From an uncultured Acidobacteriota bacterium (GTDB lineage Bacteria; Acidobacteriota; Thermoanaerobaculia; UBA5066): a DNA stretch of 64,000 bases. The notes beneath the pieces are model-generated. The model saw only the letters and a program-made list of their open reading frames with translations. It did not search any database and was not told the origin of the DNA. A program made the translations under genes and the position numbers. The stretch lies in contig CAVZYA010000002.1 in assembly GCA_963779415.1 (NCBI GenBank), forward strand, positions 352,001 through 416,000, read 5' to 3'. This document shows, piece after piece, positions 27,941 to 38,255 of this stretch. Numbering within the stretch: position 1 is the stretch's first letter; the number at the start of each line of letters is the position of its first letter.

Positions 27941-28551
27941 CGGACGAAGCCGGCGAGCCGGAGGGCGGCGGCCACGACCGCCTCTCGCGAGGCGCTCGCG
28001 AGTCCTTCCACCGGAGAGCTCCCGTTCGTCCCCGCGCGGAGCGCCACTACCGAGCTGTCGAGGACGCTCACGATCATCCGGGCCGCATCCGCCGGCGGAA
28101 GGCCGCGCGGCGGTCCGCCGTTGGCTCCCCCGCCGAGCGTGCGGCGGAGGATCGCGACCCGTGTGTCCTCTTCGGGCGCTTCCGTCGCGGCCGGAGCGGG
28201 ACCTGCCAGGCGGTCGAGCAGGGAGAGGCGCGCGAGGCTCGGGCGGGAGACGCCGAAGTCCCAGAGCTGCCCCACGAGCCGCGAAAGCCGCTCGGCCGGA
28301 GTTCCCGTCCCGTCGACGGCGGGAAGAGAGCCGGCTCCCGCCCGCCCGAGAACGGCGCGGTAGAGCCCTTCCTTGTTTCCGAAGTGGTAGTGGAGGGTCG
28401 CGACGTTCACGCCCGCCCGCGAGGCCACCTGTCGCGTCGTCGCCCCCGCGAAGCCGGCGCTCGCGAAGCACGCTTCCGCGGCCTCGAGGATTCCCCGGCG
28501 CGTTTCCGCCGGATCCCCGTCTCGCGGCCGCCCCACGGATTTCTTTTCCAT
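27937..28551 (-). CDS. TetR-family regulator
   Basis: ILEAAEACFASAGFAGATTRQVASRAGVNVATLHYHFGNKEGLY; start MEKKS at 28551. Confidence 0.92.
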   Translation of the reverse strand: MEKKSVGRPRDGDPAETRRGILEAAEACFASAGFAGATTRQVASRAGVNVATLHYHFGNKEGLYRAVLGRAGAGSLPAVDGTGTPAERLSRLVGQLWDFGVSRPSLARLSLLDRLAGPAPAATEAPEEDTRVAILRRTLGGGANGGPPRGLPPADAARMIVSVLDSSVVALRAGTNGSSPVEGLASASREAVVAAALRLAGFVR

Positions 28552-28675
28552 CGACTGAGTCTCCGTTGCAACTTCCCCGGGGGGATTGTAGCGGATCTCG
28601 ACGAGGCCGCGCCAGGGCGTCCGCCGGGCGCGTCCGGGCCGTCCCGGCGTGGAATCGGGATACGCTCGGCCCCGG

Positions 28676-29515
28676 GTGAGCCCCGCCAACGTCCTGCTCC
28701 GGGTCCGCCACGCCCGGGAGAACGATCTCCCGACGGACGCGGCGGATTTTCGCCACGCCTTCGCGACCGACCCCGAGGGGGTTTTCGCGGCCGGGGCCGA
28801 AGGGGCGGCGCCGGAAGGGCTCGCGGCGGGCGTGGTCCGGGGCGACCTCCTGCAGATCGTCCACCTCGAGGTCTCGCGCTCCGCGCGTGGGCGTGGCGTC
28901 GGGGCGGCGCTCTTTGCCTCCGTTCGCGGCTATGGCGCCTCGCGCGGCACCCGGGGGGTCGAGTTCGCGCAGGGGACCGACGAGGCGACGCTCGGATTCC
29001 TCCTTGGTCTCGGTCTCCCGATCCGGGGCGTCGCCGTCCGGCTGCGCACGCGGACGCTCCGGGCCGGCGCCGGGGTTCCCCTTCTTCTCGTCCCCGTTCC
29101 TCCCGGCGCCCCTTTCTCGGGGTGGGTCGCCGATCTCGACCGGGAGACGCGCGGCTTCGCGAGGATTCCGGACTGGGCGTACTGGGCACGCCGGGGAGGT
29201 CTGCTCTTCTCGACGCGGCGCCGCGGACGGCCTGAGGCGATCGGCGCCCTGACCACGACGGGCCGGGAGGCCACGGTCGGCCCTGTCGTCGCCGCGACAC
29301 CGGAAGGGGCCGCCGGGCTTCTCCTCGCCCTCGCGGCAGAGGCGGTCCGGCGGGGGGCGGGTGAAATTCGCGTCACGATTCCCGCCGAGGCCCGTCTTCT
29401 CCTCGAGCGCGTCCTCGTCTGCGGCTTCCGCGTCGAGGGGACCTTCCCGCTCCTTTCGACCCGCGCCCGGGGCGATCTCCGCCGGTACGCCGCCTCGCCG
29501 ACCGCCTTCTTCTGA
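28676..29515 (+). CDS. Tandem GNAT-fold acetyltransferase
   Basis: LEVSRSARGRGVGAALF motif A; second domain VGPVVA. Confidence 0.75.
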   Translation: MSPANVLLRVRHARENDLPTDAADFRHAFATDPEGVFAAGAEGAAPEGLAAGVVRGDLLQIVHLEVSRSARGRGVGAALFASVRGYGASRGTRGVEFAQGTDEATLGFLLGLGLPIRGVAVRLRTRTLRAGAGVPLLLVPVPPGAPFSGWVADLDRETRGFARIPDWAYWARRGGLLFSTRRRGRPEAIGALTTTGREATVGPVVAATPEGAAGLLLALAAEAVRRGAGEIRVTIPAEARLLLERVLVCGFRVEGTFPLLSTRARGDLRRYAASPTAFF

Positions 29516-29614
29516 CCGCGAAAGGCGCCGTCACTTCCAGGAAGAGACTCCGGCGTTCCCGCCCCCCGGTCCCTTGGTCCGGAGAGAGAATCACCGCCCG
29601 AAAGAGAGGACGCC

Positions 29615-30880
29615 ATGCGCCCAGGCCGAATCCCGCTTCTCGCCCTTCTTTTCGCCCTCCTCTTCACCGCCTCGCCGCTCGCCGCCGTGGACAGCCCCGC
29701 GGTCTCGCAGGGGCTCGTCACGTCCGGCCACGCCACAGGCTCGCACGGCGAGCAGTTCGTCACGTCGCTCCGGATCGTGAACGACAACGCCGCGGCGGCG
29801 ACCGTGGACGTGACGTACTACCCCCGCGTCACCTTCGACAAGCCGTCGGCGTCCGCGTCGGCCGACAACACGTTCAACGTACTGACGGCGACCGTCACGG
29901 TCCCGGCGAGGAGGACCTACGCCGTCGACGACGCTCTCGGGACGCTCTTCGGGATCACCTCGACCTCGGCGTCCGGCGCCCTCTGGATCGACTCCCGTAC
30001 CGTCGTGCCGCTCTCGGTCCTCTCCGAGACCCTCGTCGTGAACGCGCGTGGCCTCGACCCGCAGGGGAACCCCGTCAGCGGAACGTACGGGTTCGCCATC
30101 CCCGGCCAGATCCCGGAGAACGCCCTCGCCATCGGAGACGTCGGATACGTTCCCTATCTCGCGGGCTCGTCGACGACGACGCAAGGCTACCGGTCCAACC
30201 TCTTCCTCTTCGCGGCGAACGGGGAGACGAACACGGTCGTGAACGTGAAGCTCGTGCGCGGCGCGGACGGGACGACGGTCGGCTCGCGCGACGTCACGCT
30301 CGGCAAGTGGGTCCAGACCCAGATCAACGACATGGCCGGCTTCTTCGGCCTTTCCGAGACGAATACGAATCTCACGGTCGTCCTCACCGTCAAGAGCGGC
30401 GGGCCGGTCTTCACCGGCGCCTCCGTCAACGACAACGGCACCGGCTCACAGGTCTATGCCCCGCCGACGAAGCGTTGGGCTCCGCGAGACGCGTCGTTCG
30501 GCCTCCTTCTCGTCGACGGCGGCTTCGGGTTCTCGGGCCGGCTCGACATCCGGCCCGACGGCCTCGCGGACTTTCTCACGGCGACGGTCGCCCTCCCCAC
30601 ATGCGATCCCTCCACGGGGAACGTCTTCCTTCTGATCGCCGGCAACACGGACTCGCTCGCGAACACCACGTTCACGCGGAACGCCGACGGCTCGACCAGC
30701 TTCAACGGCGGCGACTCCGCCTCCACATGGTCCGGCTCCTTCGCCTACAACGCCGACGGGTCGATCCAGGGAAACCTCACGTACACTCGGCTGAGCGGCT
30801 CGGCCGGCAGCCCCTGCCCCGGCGGCACGACGACGATGCCGTTCGTCGGAGGGAGAATCATCGCGTATGGGATCTTCTGA
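29615..30880 (+). CDS. Secreted beta-rich hypothetical protein
   Basis: GAGG SD and signal peptide; GSHGEQFVTSLRIVN...GYRSNLFLF...SVNDNGTG, similar to the C-terminal domain of 19361-21145. Confidence 0.8.
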   Translation: MRPGRIPLLALLFALLFTASPLAAVDSPAVSQGLVTSGHATGSHGEQFVTSLRIVNDNAAAATVDVTYYPRVTFDKPSASASADNTFNVLTATVTVPARRTYAVDDALGTLFGITSTSASGALWIDSRTVVPLSVLSETLVVNARGLDPQGNPVSGTYGFAIPGQIPENALAIGDVGYVPYLAGSSTTTQGYRSNLFLFAANGETNTVVNVKLVRGADGTTVGSRDVTLGKWVQTQINDMAGFFGLSETNTNLTVVLTVKSGGPVFTGASVNDNGTGSQVYAPPTKRWAPRDASFGLLLVDGGFGFSGRLDIRPDGLADFLTATVALPTCDPSTGNVFLLIAGNTDSLANTTFTRNADGSTSFNGGDSASTWSGSFAYNADGSIQGNLTYTRLSGSAGSPCPGGTTTMPFVGGRIIAYGIF

Positions 30881-31259
30881 GGTCGCCCTCGCGTCCGGCT
30901 CCGGCCGTCCGCGGGCGTTCCTCGCCGCCCTGATTCTCGTTCCCGTCTTCGCCGCGCCGCTTTGGGGGGCGGACCTCTATGGCAAGCCGCTTCGCGGCCT
31001 TTCGGCCGTCCCCGTACGCGACGTCGTGGCGAATCCCGGAAGGTACGCCGACCGCGACGTCCGGGTGGCAGGCGAGAACGCCGGCTCCGACGGCAAGCCG
31101 GCGTTCCGGGACGGCGAGGCTGTCCTTCCCATCGTGACGGACGGATCGTTCCGTCTCCCCGAGGGTCTCGTCGGCGCCCGGCTCGCCGCCGAAGGACGGG
31201 TGAAGCAAACCGGAGGGTCGGTCGTCTTCGTCGCCTCCGGCGTGGAGGTGACCCGATGA
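30867..31259 (+). CDS. Small exported OB-fold-like protein
   Basis: Signal peptide; VRDVVANPGRYADRDVRVAG; ATGA coupling to the next gene. Confidence 0.65.
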   Translation: MGSSEVALASGSGRPRAFLAALILVPVFAAPLWGADLYGKPLRGLSAVPVRDVVANPGRYADRDVRVAGENAGSDGKPAFRDGEAVLPIVTDGSFRLPEGLVGARLAAEGRVKQTGGSVVFVASGVEVTR

Positions 31260-31774
31260 ATCGTCTGGAAATCGTCCTTCTGGCCGTGGCGCTGGCCGTC
31301 GCCGGGTGCCGGCGCGCCGAAGAGACGCGGATTCTGAACTTCGATCCCGAGACGACGGCCGGACACCTCGTCTCCGGCTGGTCCGGCTGGGAGAAGACCC
31401 CCGAGGGAGACTCGTTCGTCTGGGCCGAGGCGCGCGAGGCGAAGGTCAAGGTGACGAACGAGGGCGGAAGCGACCGGGTCGTCCGCTTCCGGGCCTCCGG
31501 CTTCGTCTATCCGGACTCGCCCGAGCAGAAGGTGACCCTCTTCGTCAATGGAACGCGCGTCGACGCCGCCGGCCTCTACCGCGAGCCACACGTCGTCTCG
31601 TTCGTCGTCCCGAAGGCCCTCTGGAGAAAAGGGGAGAACGAGCTGAAGTTCGAGTTCCTCTGGACCGCGTCGCCGAAGGACCGGGTGCCGGGAGCGTCGG
31701 ACCCGAGGACGCTCGCCGCCGCGTTCGACTGGATCGAGATCCTTCCGCCCCCGACGTCGCCCCCGTCGAAGTGA
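31256..31774 (+). CDS. Lipoprotein with a beta-sandwich domain
   Basis: MNRLEIVLLAVALAVAGC lipobox; SGWSGWE, TLFVNG, GENELKF, DPRTLA. Confidence 0.75.
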   Translation: MNRLEIVLLAVALAVAGCRRAEETRILNFDPETTAGHLVSGWSGWEKTPEGDSFVWAEAREAKVKVTNEGGSDRVVRFRASGFVYPDSPEQKVTLFVNGTRVDAAGLYREPHVVSFVVPKALWRKGENELKFEFLWTASPKDRVPGASDPRTLAAAFDWIEILPPPTSPPSK

Positions 31775-31777
31775 GGG

Positions 31778-32248
31778 TTAAGGCCTCCCGGTTCTCGTCT
31801 CGTGGGCCGCGGCCGGGGCCACCTCCAGGATCACGGCGAAGATCTCACCGGCCGCGCCCTCCCGTCGGCCGTTCCGGAAAACATAGTGCTCGCCCTCTTT
31901 CGTCCGGAGCGACCACTCGTAGCAGGTCGCCGGGACGAGGGAATCGCGGCAGACCCGGCGGTGGGAAGCGATCCGGGCCACGGGGAGGACGAGATTCCGG
32001 CTCGGATCCGTCTCGTCGGCCCAGCGGAGCGTCTCCTCCCGGAGAGTCAGCGTCCCGGTCCGCCAGCGTCCCCAGAGGAGCAGACCGTCCCGCCGGCGGA
32101 CGAGCCCCTCCCACGTCCGGTCGACGGGCACCGCGGGAACGGCCGGCGGCTCGGCGGCCGGGGCCTTGACGGCGACGAGAAGGCCCCAAAGAAAAAGGGC
32201 CCCGGCGGCCCGGAGCCCTCGTCTCGTCAAGAGAGCCGCGAGCGTCAC
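31778..32248 (-). CDS. Exported hypothetical protein (possibly PH-like fold)
   Basis: GTG at 32248 overlaps the upstream stop; hydrophobic N-terminus, then WRTGTLTLREETLRW. Confidence 0.55.
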   Translation of the reverse strand: MTLAALLTRRGLRAAGALFLWGLLVAVKAPAAEPPAVPAVPVDRTWEGLVRRRDGLLLWGRWRTGTLTLREETLRWADETDPSRNLVLPVARIASHRRVCRDSLVPATCYEWSLRTKEGEHYVFRNGRREGAAGEIFAVILEVAPAAAHETRTGRP

Positions 32249-33276
32249 AGAATGACGCCGCGGATCGGGATTTTCACGTTCCCCTTCGCCTTGTCCGTCG
32301 TCTGGATCTTCAGCTCGCCTTCGAAGACCCCCTTCTTGATCTTCTCGTCCACGACGAGGTCGACGCGGACCCGCCCCTTGTCGACCGGCACGACCGAGGC
32401 GGAGATGCCGGGCACGTTCGTCTCGGCCTTCGTGACGGAAAAGTCGGGCCGCTGCGGGACGTTGTCGATCACCATGATGTTGCGGCGGACGGCCTCGCCC
32501 TTCGGATCGAAGTTCCCGAAGTTGATCTGGCCGGGCGTGATCGTGACCGTCGGCTTGATGTAGCCCGAGATCGCCAGCTCCATCTCGGGCTGCTGCTTGA
32601 CGCCCGTCTGGAGCTTCACGTATCCCGTGAGAAGCCCCTCGGGCGCCTCGGGGGCGTTCGAAAGGGCGAGCTTGTACTGTTTCGCGCCCTTCCCGGCCAT
32701 CCGCTCTTTCTCGGGAACTTCCGTCACCGTCGCCTTGAGAAACTTGTAGGGCAGCTCGATCTTCGTCGGCGCGAACGCCGGATCGTCCGACGCGAGGACC
32801 ATGTCCGAGGTGACCGTCTCGCCGGTCAGCGCCTGGATCCGGAAGAATCCGTAAGGGAATGCCTCGACGAACGGCTTGACGTAGGCTTGGACGTTGAGCG
32901 TCACCTGTGGCGTCGTCGGGTCGTTGAAGAGGACGAGGGCCGTTTTCGAGATCGACCCCTGAAAGGCCTTCGTCTCGATCGACAGGGCGATCTTCCCCTC
33001 GGTCCCCGGCTTGATGACCCGGTCGTACTCCGACACGGTGCATCCGCAGGCCGGCTTGACGTCCGTGATCAGGAGATCCGCCGTGCCGGTGTTCTTCACG
33101 AGGAAGGTGTGCTTGATCACCTCTCCCTTGGGAACGGTCCCTACGTCCTTGTTGGGCTCGGCGATGACGGCTTTGGGAGCCGGCGCCGGCGTCTGTGCGA
33201 GGGCCGGCGCGGCAACGGCCAGGACGAGGGGGACGACGAGCAGCCGGGAGAACGTAAGTTGGCGGAAGAGATTCAT
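32245..33276 (-). CDS. DUF1573-domain secreted protein
   Basis: GGAGG SD; HTFLVKNTGTADLLITDVKPACGCT...IKPGTEGKI. Confidence 0.88.
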   Translation of the reverse strand: MNLFRQLTFSRLLVVPLVLAVAAPALAQTPAPAPKAVIAEPNKDVGTVPKGEVIKHTFLVKNTGTADLLITDVKPACGCTVSEYDRVIKPGTEGKIALSIETKAFQGSISKTALVLFNDPTTPQVTLNVQAYVKPFVEAFPYGFFRIQALTGETVTSDMVLASDDPAFAPTKIELPYKFLKATVTEVPEKERMAGKGAKQYKLALSNAPEAPEGLLTGYVKLQTGVKQQPEMELAISGYIKPTVTITPGQINFGNFDPKGEAVRRNIMVIDNVPQRPDFSVTKAETNVPGISASVVPVDKGRVRVDLVVDEKIKKGVFEGELKIQTTDKAKGNVKIPIRGVIL

Positions 33277-33441
33277 GGGGTCAGGGCCTCCTGTTTCTTC
33301 CCGACGCGACGGGCGGCGGCGGGGGCGGAAAAGTATACGTGGCGCACCCGATGGGCCAAAACGGCCCGGCTTGGCCGTGATCGGAACCCTCAGCAAACTC
33401 CGCGCCGCTGGCGCCCGAGGACGGTGGGGGACGCCGGAGGT

Positions 33442-34233
33442 TTACGCCGCCGCGCTGATCTCGACGGAAGTCATCGAGATCGAGCCGAGGACGGTCTTCG
33501 CGTTGAAGAACGAAACGACGTCGCCTTCCCGTTTCGAGGCAAGGAGATAGAGGAGCGGCAGGAAGTGTTCCGGCGTCGGGACGGCGAGGGATGCGTCCGG
33601 AAGCCTGTCGTAGGCGACGAGGGTCTCGAAGTCCCCGGAGAGAATCCGCCGCCGGACCTCTTCGTCGAACCGGACGGCCCAGTCGTAGCCTTCCTCCCGC
33701 CCGAAGTCGACGGCCCGGAGGTTGTGGACGATGTCGCCGCTTCCGAGGACGAGGACCCCCTCGTCCCGGAGGAATGACAGCTCCCGCGCGAGGGCCACGT
33801 GCGCGGCGGGAGACTTCGTCCGGTCGAGGCTGAGCTGGACGACCGGCACGTCGGCTTCGGGATACATCCTGCGGAGGACGCTCCACGCGCCGTGATCGAG
33901 GCCCCGCTCGCGGTCGAGACCGATCTTCACCCCCTTCACGCGGGTCGCGACCTCGCGGGCGAGAGCCGGGTCGCCCGGCGCCGGATAGGAGACCTCGAAG
34001 AGGCCTCGGGGAAAGCCGAAAAAATCGTGGATCGTCGGGGGGCGCTCCACGGCCGTGACGGAGACGCCCCGCGTCTCCCAGTGGGCGGAGATGCAGAGGA
34101 CGGCCTTCGGCCTTCCGGTCCGCCGCGCCGCGGCGGCGAAGCCGCGCGAGAATTCCGACTCCTCGATGGCGTTCATCGGAGAGCCGTGCCCGACGAAGAG
34201 GGCCGGCATCGGTCCGGGCCGCGCGCTTTTCAC
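33442..34233 (-). CDS. ygiD: 4,5-DOPA extradiol dioxygenase (LigB family)
   Basis: MPALFVGHGSPMNA, ISAHWET, GLDHGAW, PVVQLSLD, VHNL, PTPEHFLPL. Confidence 0.92.
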   Translation of the reverse strand: MKSARPGPMPALFVGHGSPMNAIEESEFSRGFAAAARRTGRPKAVLCISAHWETRGVSVTAVERPPTIHDFFGFPRGLFEVSYPAPGDPALAREVATRVKGVKIGLDRERGLDHGAWSVLRRMYPEADVPVVQLSLDRTKSPAAHVALARELSFLRDEGVLVLGSGDIVHNLRAVDFGREEGYDWAVRFDEEVRRRILSGDFETLVAYDRLPDASLAVPTPEHFLPLLYLLASKREGDVVSFFNAKTVLGSISMTSVEISAAA

Positions 34234-34997
34234 GTCTCTTTCGCGACGGTCACCGAGAGAGAGCCCACCTTTCCGATCCGGACCTCGAGCGTCTGGCCGG
34301 GAGCGAGCGGGGCCACCCCTTCGGGCGTCCCCGTGAGAATCACGTCTCCCGGCTCGAGCGTCATCGCGTGCGAGGCCCAGGCGACGAGGCTGGGAACGTC
34401 GTGGACCATCGCCGAGGTCCTCCCCGACTGCTTCACGGCGCCGTCGACGAGCGTCTCGAGGAGGAGATCCGACGGGTCGACGTCCGTCTCGATCGCGGGG
34501 CCGAGCGGGCAGAAGGTGTCGAATCCCTTCGCGCGCCACCACTGGCCGTCCCCCTTCTGGAGGTCGCGCGCCGTCACGTCGATCGCGACCGTGTAGCCGA
34601 AAACGGCGCCCCCCGCCTCCTGGCGGGAGAGCCGTCGCGCGCGCCTGCCGACGATGACCGCGAGCTCCCCTTCGTAATCGACGCGCGACGACTCGGGCGG
34701 GAGGAGAACCGTCCCCTTGTGGGGAAGAAGCGCGCTCGGGGGCTTGAGGAAGACGAGCGGCTTTTCGGGCACTTCGTTCCCGAGCTCCGCCGCGTGGGCG
34801 CGGTAGTTCCGGCCGATGCAGAGGATCTTGGACGGAACGACGGGGACGAGGAGGCGGACCCCCCGCCGTTCGACGGGCGCTCCGGAGCGCGCCGGAGCGC
34901 TCACCTCCCACGGCGCCGACGAAAGCGGCACGATCGACTCCCCTTCCACGACCCCCCAGGACGCCGTCCCCGCCCTCTCGAACCGGACGAATCTCAT
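34230..34997 (-). CDS. Fumarylacetoacetate hydrolase family protein
   Basis: KILCIGRNYRAHAAE, DYEGELAVIVG, DVTARDLQ, KGFDTFCPLGP, GDVILTGTP. Confidence 0.93.
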   Translation of the reverse strand: MRFVRFERAGTASWGVVEGESIVPLSSAPWEVSAPARSGAPVERRGVRLLVPVVPSKILCIGRNYRAHAAELGNEVPEKPLVFLKPPSALLPHKGTVLLPPESSRVDYEGELAVIVGRRARRLSRQEAGGAVFGYTVAIDVTARDLQKGDGQWWRAKGFDTFCPLGPAIETDVDPSDLLLETLVDGAVKQSGRTSAMVHDVPSLVAWASHAMTLEPGDVILTGTPEGVAPLAPGQTLEVRIGKVGSLSVTVAKET

Positions 34998-35839
34998 GGC
35001 CACTCCTCGAACCGGATCTCTCCCTCGAAGAGGAGGCGCGCATCCCCCTCGAGGGAGATCTCCGAAAAGACGTCTCCCGTCCGTTTGAAATCGACGACGA
35101 GCGTCTCGCCCGACCGCGTTCGGGCCGAGACCGGAGGCGACTCGCCCGCCGTCCGGCAGGCCACGATGGCCGAGGCGACCGTCCCCGATCCGCAGGAGAG
35201 CGTCTCGTTCTCGACGCCCCGTTCCCAGGTCCGGAGGGCGATCGCCCCCCGTCCCGTCCGCGCGACGAAGTTGACGTTCGCTCCCTCGGGCATCTCGGGG
35301 TGATACCGGAGCGGTGGGCCGAGGTGCGGGAGGTCGAGCGCGGCGAGGGCTTCCGCCGATTCGACCCCGACGACGAGGTGCGGGACGCCCACCGTCACCT
35401 CGACCGCCTCGCTCGCGATGCCGCCTCCGGGCGCGAGCGTCGACAGTGTCCGGCCCGTCCGGACGGCCTCCGGAAGGGAGATCGTCACACGGCCGTCCGG
35501 CGCGACGCGCGCACCCACGGGGCCCCAGCCGGTCCGTACGACGAACCTCTCTCCGACGCCGAGCGAGTGCGCCGCGAGCCGTGCCGCACAGCGGGTCCCG
35601 TTTGCGCAGAAGCGGGAGGCGCCGCCGTCGGCATTGAAATAGTCCGCCACGATCCCCTCGCCCGCCCGCCGGACGAAAAGAACCCCGTCCGCGCCGACCC
35701 CCGTTCTCCGGTCGCAGAGCCGGCGGAGCGCCGAGGGCTCCTCCGCGCCCCCCGGAGGCGCGCCGAGGAACATCACGAAGTCGTTTCCGGCGCCGCTCAT
35801 CTTCACGAACCGGCGGGGGAGTGACGCGGCGACGGTCAC
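34994..35839 (-). CDS. dapF: Diaminopimelate epimerase
   Basis: FVKMSGAGNDF, GVGADG, CANGTRC, GVPH, NVNF, ERGVENETLSCGSG. Confidence 0.93.
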   Translation of the reverse strand: MTVAASLPRRFVKMSGAGNDFVMFLGAPPGGAEEPSALRRLCDRRTGVGADGVLFVRRAGEGIVADYFNADGGASRFCANGTRCAARLAAHSLGVGERFVVRTGWGPVGARVAPDGRVTISLPEAVRTGRTLSTLAPGGGIASEAVEVTVGVPHLVVGVESAEALAALDLPHLGPPLRYHPEMPEGANVNFVARTGRGAIALRTWERGVENETLSCGSGTVASAIVACRTAGESPPVSARTRSGETLVVDFKRTGDVFSEISLEGDARLLFEGEIRFEEWP

Positions 35840-36924
35840 TTTCGCTCCTCCGAGCGGGGGCTCTCGTTGCCGGAGCGGTCGACCGCCGCCACGGCGTACC
35901 GCGTCCCGGGTGGGCTCCCCTTGTCGAACCAGAGCGTTTCCGTCAGGCCATCCGCCACTCTTGTCCACGAGGACGCTCCGGGCCCCATCCGGTATATCCG
36001 GTAACCGGCTAGATCCGGGGAGAGCACCGGGTTCCAGACGAGCCGCGCCCCTTCCGTCTCGCGAAGGACGAGGAACCCCCCGGGTGGAGGGGGCGGGAAG
36101 ACGTCCTTCGTGTCGACGACGATCTCGTCTGCCGCCGGGCCGAGGATGAGCGGCTTCTGGTCCGTCGGCGCGGCGCGGACGGTGTAGAGGTAGACGTGGT
36201 CGAGACGCGCCGACTCGTCGACGAACGACGTCACACCCTTCACGACCGCGATCTCCGCTTCGTACCACTCGTCGCCCCGCTCCTTCCGATAGACGGCGTA
36301 CGCGCCGACGACCGCCGGCCGGGCGCCGTCCAGCATCTCCTCCGGAGGGAGCCACTCGAGACAGACGCGTTTCTCCTCGACGGTGGCCTGGAGAAAGAGC
36401 GGGCGCCCCGGCGGGATGACCGGGATGATCCCCTCGATCGGGGAAAGGTCCGAGACGAGCCGCTTCCCCCGCGTCGCCGTGACGCCGTACCGGAGGAGGA
36501 CGCGCCCGAGCCTCTTGTCGCGGTAGAGCGGGAGGAGCGAATCGCGATAGAGAAAATCCTCCCCCTCCGTCCACTGGTCCATGTCGTCGCGTCCGATCAC
36601 GGCGATCACCTCGGCCCGCTTCCGGAACTCCTTCTCCTCCCGGTCGCGCGCGTCCCCCGCGGCCGCGGGGGGCTGCGGGCGGACCCCTTCGCGGGCCGGT
36701 TGCACTTCGCGGTAGATCGTCACCTTCCGGAGGTCCGAGAGCGGGACCCCTTCCGGCGTCACCGTGGGGAACGGGAACCGGACGACGACGTCCGAGCCGT
36801 CCTGGGTGATGCGAAGCGGCGTCGGGCGGGCCGGGACGACGAGAATCGGCGGCAGCGGATCCATCTTCTTCCCGCAGCCGGCCAGCAGGACGAGTCCGAT
36901 GAGGGCGAGGGGGGCCCGTCTCAC
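35836..36924 (-). CDS. Lipoprotein with fibronectin type III-like domains
   Basis: LLAGCGKKMDPLPP lipobox; LAGYRIYR, YAVAAVDRSGNES; GTGA overlap with the hslU stop. Confidence 0.8.
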   Translation of the reverse strand: MRRAPLALIGLVLLAGCGKKMDPLPPILVVPARPTPLRITQDGSDVVVRFPFPTVTPEGVPLSDLRKVTIYREVQPAREGVRPQPPAAAGDARDREEKEFRKRAEVIAVIGRDDMDQWTEGEDFLYRDSLLPLYRDKRLGRVLLRYGVTATRGKRLVSDLSPIEGIIPVIPPGRPLFLQATVEEKRVCLEWLPPEEMLDGARPAVVGAYAVYRKERGDEWYEAEIAVVKGVTSFVDESARLDHVYLYTVRAAPTDQKPLILGPAADEIVVDTKDVFPPPPPGGFLVLRETEGARLVWNPVLSPDLAGYRIYRMGPGASSWTRVADGLTETLWFDKGSPPGTRYAVAAVDRSGNESPRSEERK

Positions 36925-38255
36925 AGCACGAACCGCGAGAGGTCCTGGTTCCGGACGAGGCCGTGAAGCGCCCGCTCGACGTAGGGGCGGTCGACGACGA
37001 TCCGCGCCCCCGCGGCGTCCGGTCCGGCGAAGGAGATCTCCTCGATGACGGTCTCGAGGATCGTATGGAGGCGCCGCGCCCCGATGTTCTCGAGGTTTCC
37101 GTTCACCTCCGCGGCGGCGCGGGCGATCTCGGCGAGGCCGTCCTGTGCGAAGACGACGTCGATCTGGTCCGCGGAGAGGAGCTGCGCGGCCTGCTTCGGA
37201 AGGGCGTGCTCCGGCTCGGTCAGGATCCGGACGAAGTCCGCTTCCGTCAGGATGTCGAGCGAGACGCGGATCGGGAAGCGCCCCTGCAGCTCGGGGATCA
37301 GGTCCGACGGGCGCGCCACGTGGAAGGCGCCGGCCGCGATGAAAAGGACATGATCGGTCTTGACCATGCCGTGCTTCGTCTTGACGGACGTTCCCTCGAC
37401 GAGCGGGAGAAGATCGCGCTGCACCCCTTCGCGTGAGACGTCCGGGCCCGCCCCCTTCCCTTCGCGTCCCGCGATCTTGTCGATCTCGTCCAAAAAGACG
37501 ATCCCCGCTTCCTCCGCCCGGCGGATCGCCTCCTGCGGGACGGTTGCTTCCTCGGTCAGGGCGTCGGCTTCCCGCTCGACGAGAAGCGGGCGCGCTTCGG
37601 CCACGGTCGTTTTGACCTTCTTCTTCTTCGGGCCGCCGAAGAGGCCCGGCATCATCCCGGGGAGGTCGATTCCCATCTCCTCGACCCCCTGCGGCGTCAT
37701 GACGGAGATCTGCGGCGTCCGGTCGTCGGCCACCTCGATCTCCACCTCCCGCGCTTCGAGCTTTCCCTCCTTCAGCTCCCGCCGGATCCGGTCGCGCCCC
37801 TCGAGGGGCGCGCCTTCCGGAGGGGGCTGCGCGACGAGAAGGGCGACCAGCGTCTCTTCCGCCGCCGCGGCCGCCCGGTCGGCCACGCGGGCGCGCCGCT
37901 CCTCCTTGACGAGGCGGATCGCCGCGTCGACGAGGTCGCGGGCGATGGAGTCGACGTCCCGCCCCACGTAGCCGACCTCGGTGAACTTCGACGCTTCGAC
38001 CTTCACGAACGGGGCGTCCGCGAGGCGGGCGATCCGGCGCGCGATCTCGGTCTTCCCCACCCCCGTCGGCCCGATCATCAGGATGTTCTTCGGCGTGATC
38101 TCCCGGGCGATCTCGGGCGGGAGCTGCTGCCGCCGCCACCGCTCGCGGAGCGCGATCGCGACGGCCCGCTTCGCCTTCGCCTGCCCGACGACGTGCCGGT
38201 CCAGCTCGGCCACGATCTTCCGCGGCGCGAGGTCGCGGAGGCGCCCGGATCTCAT
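36921..38255 (-). CDS. hslU: ATP-dependent protease ATPase subunit HslU
   Basis: [57 protein letters not shown]. Confidence 0.98.
   Translation of the reverse strand: MRSGRLRDLAPRKIVAELDRHVVGQAKAKRAVAIALRERWRRQQLPPEIAREITPKNILMIGPTGVGKTEIARRIARLADAPFVKVEASKFTEVGYVGRDVDSIARDLVDAAIRLVKEERRARVADRAAAAAEETLVALLVAQPPPEGAPLEGRDRIRRELKEGKLEAREVEIEVADDRTPQISVMTPQGVEEMGIDLPGMMPGLFGGPKKKKVKTTVAEARPLLVEREADALTEEATVPQEAIRRAEEAGIVFLDEIDKIAGREGKGAGPDVSREGVQRDLLPLVEGTSVKTKHGMVKTDHVLFIAAGAFHVARPSDLIPELQGRFPIRVSLDILTEADFVRILTEPEHALPKQAAQLLSADQIDVVFAQDGLAEIARAAAEVNGNLENIGARRLHTILETVIEEISFAGPDAAGARIVVDRPYVERALHGLVRNQDLSRFVL

Noticed and set aside
25435-29235. Apparent 1266-aa amidohydrolase fusion
   Set aside because: Artefact of the G7 frameshift running through the symporter and TetR genes.
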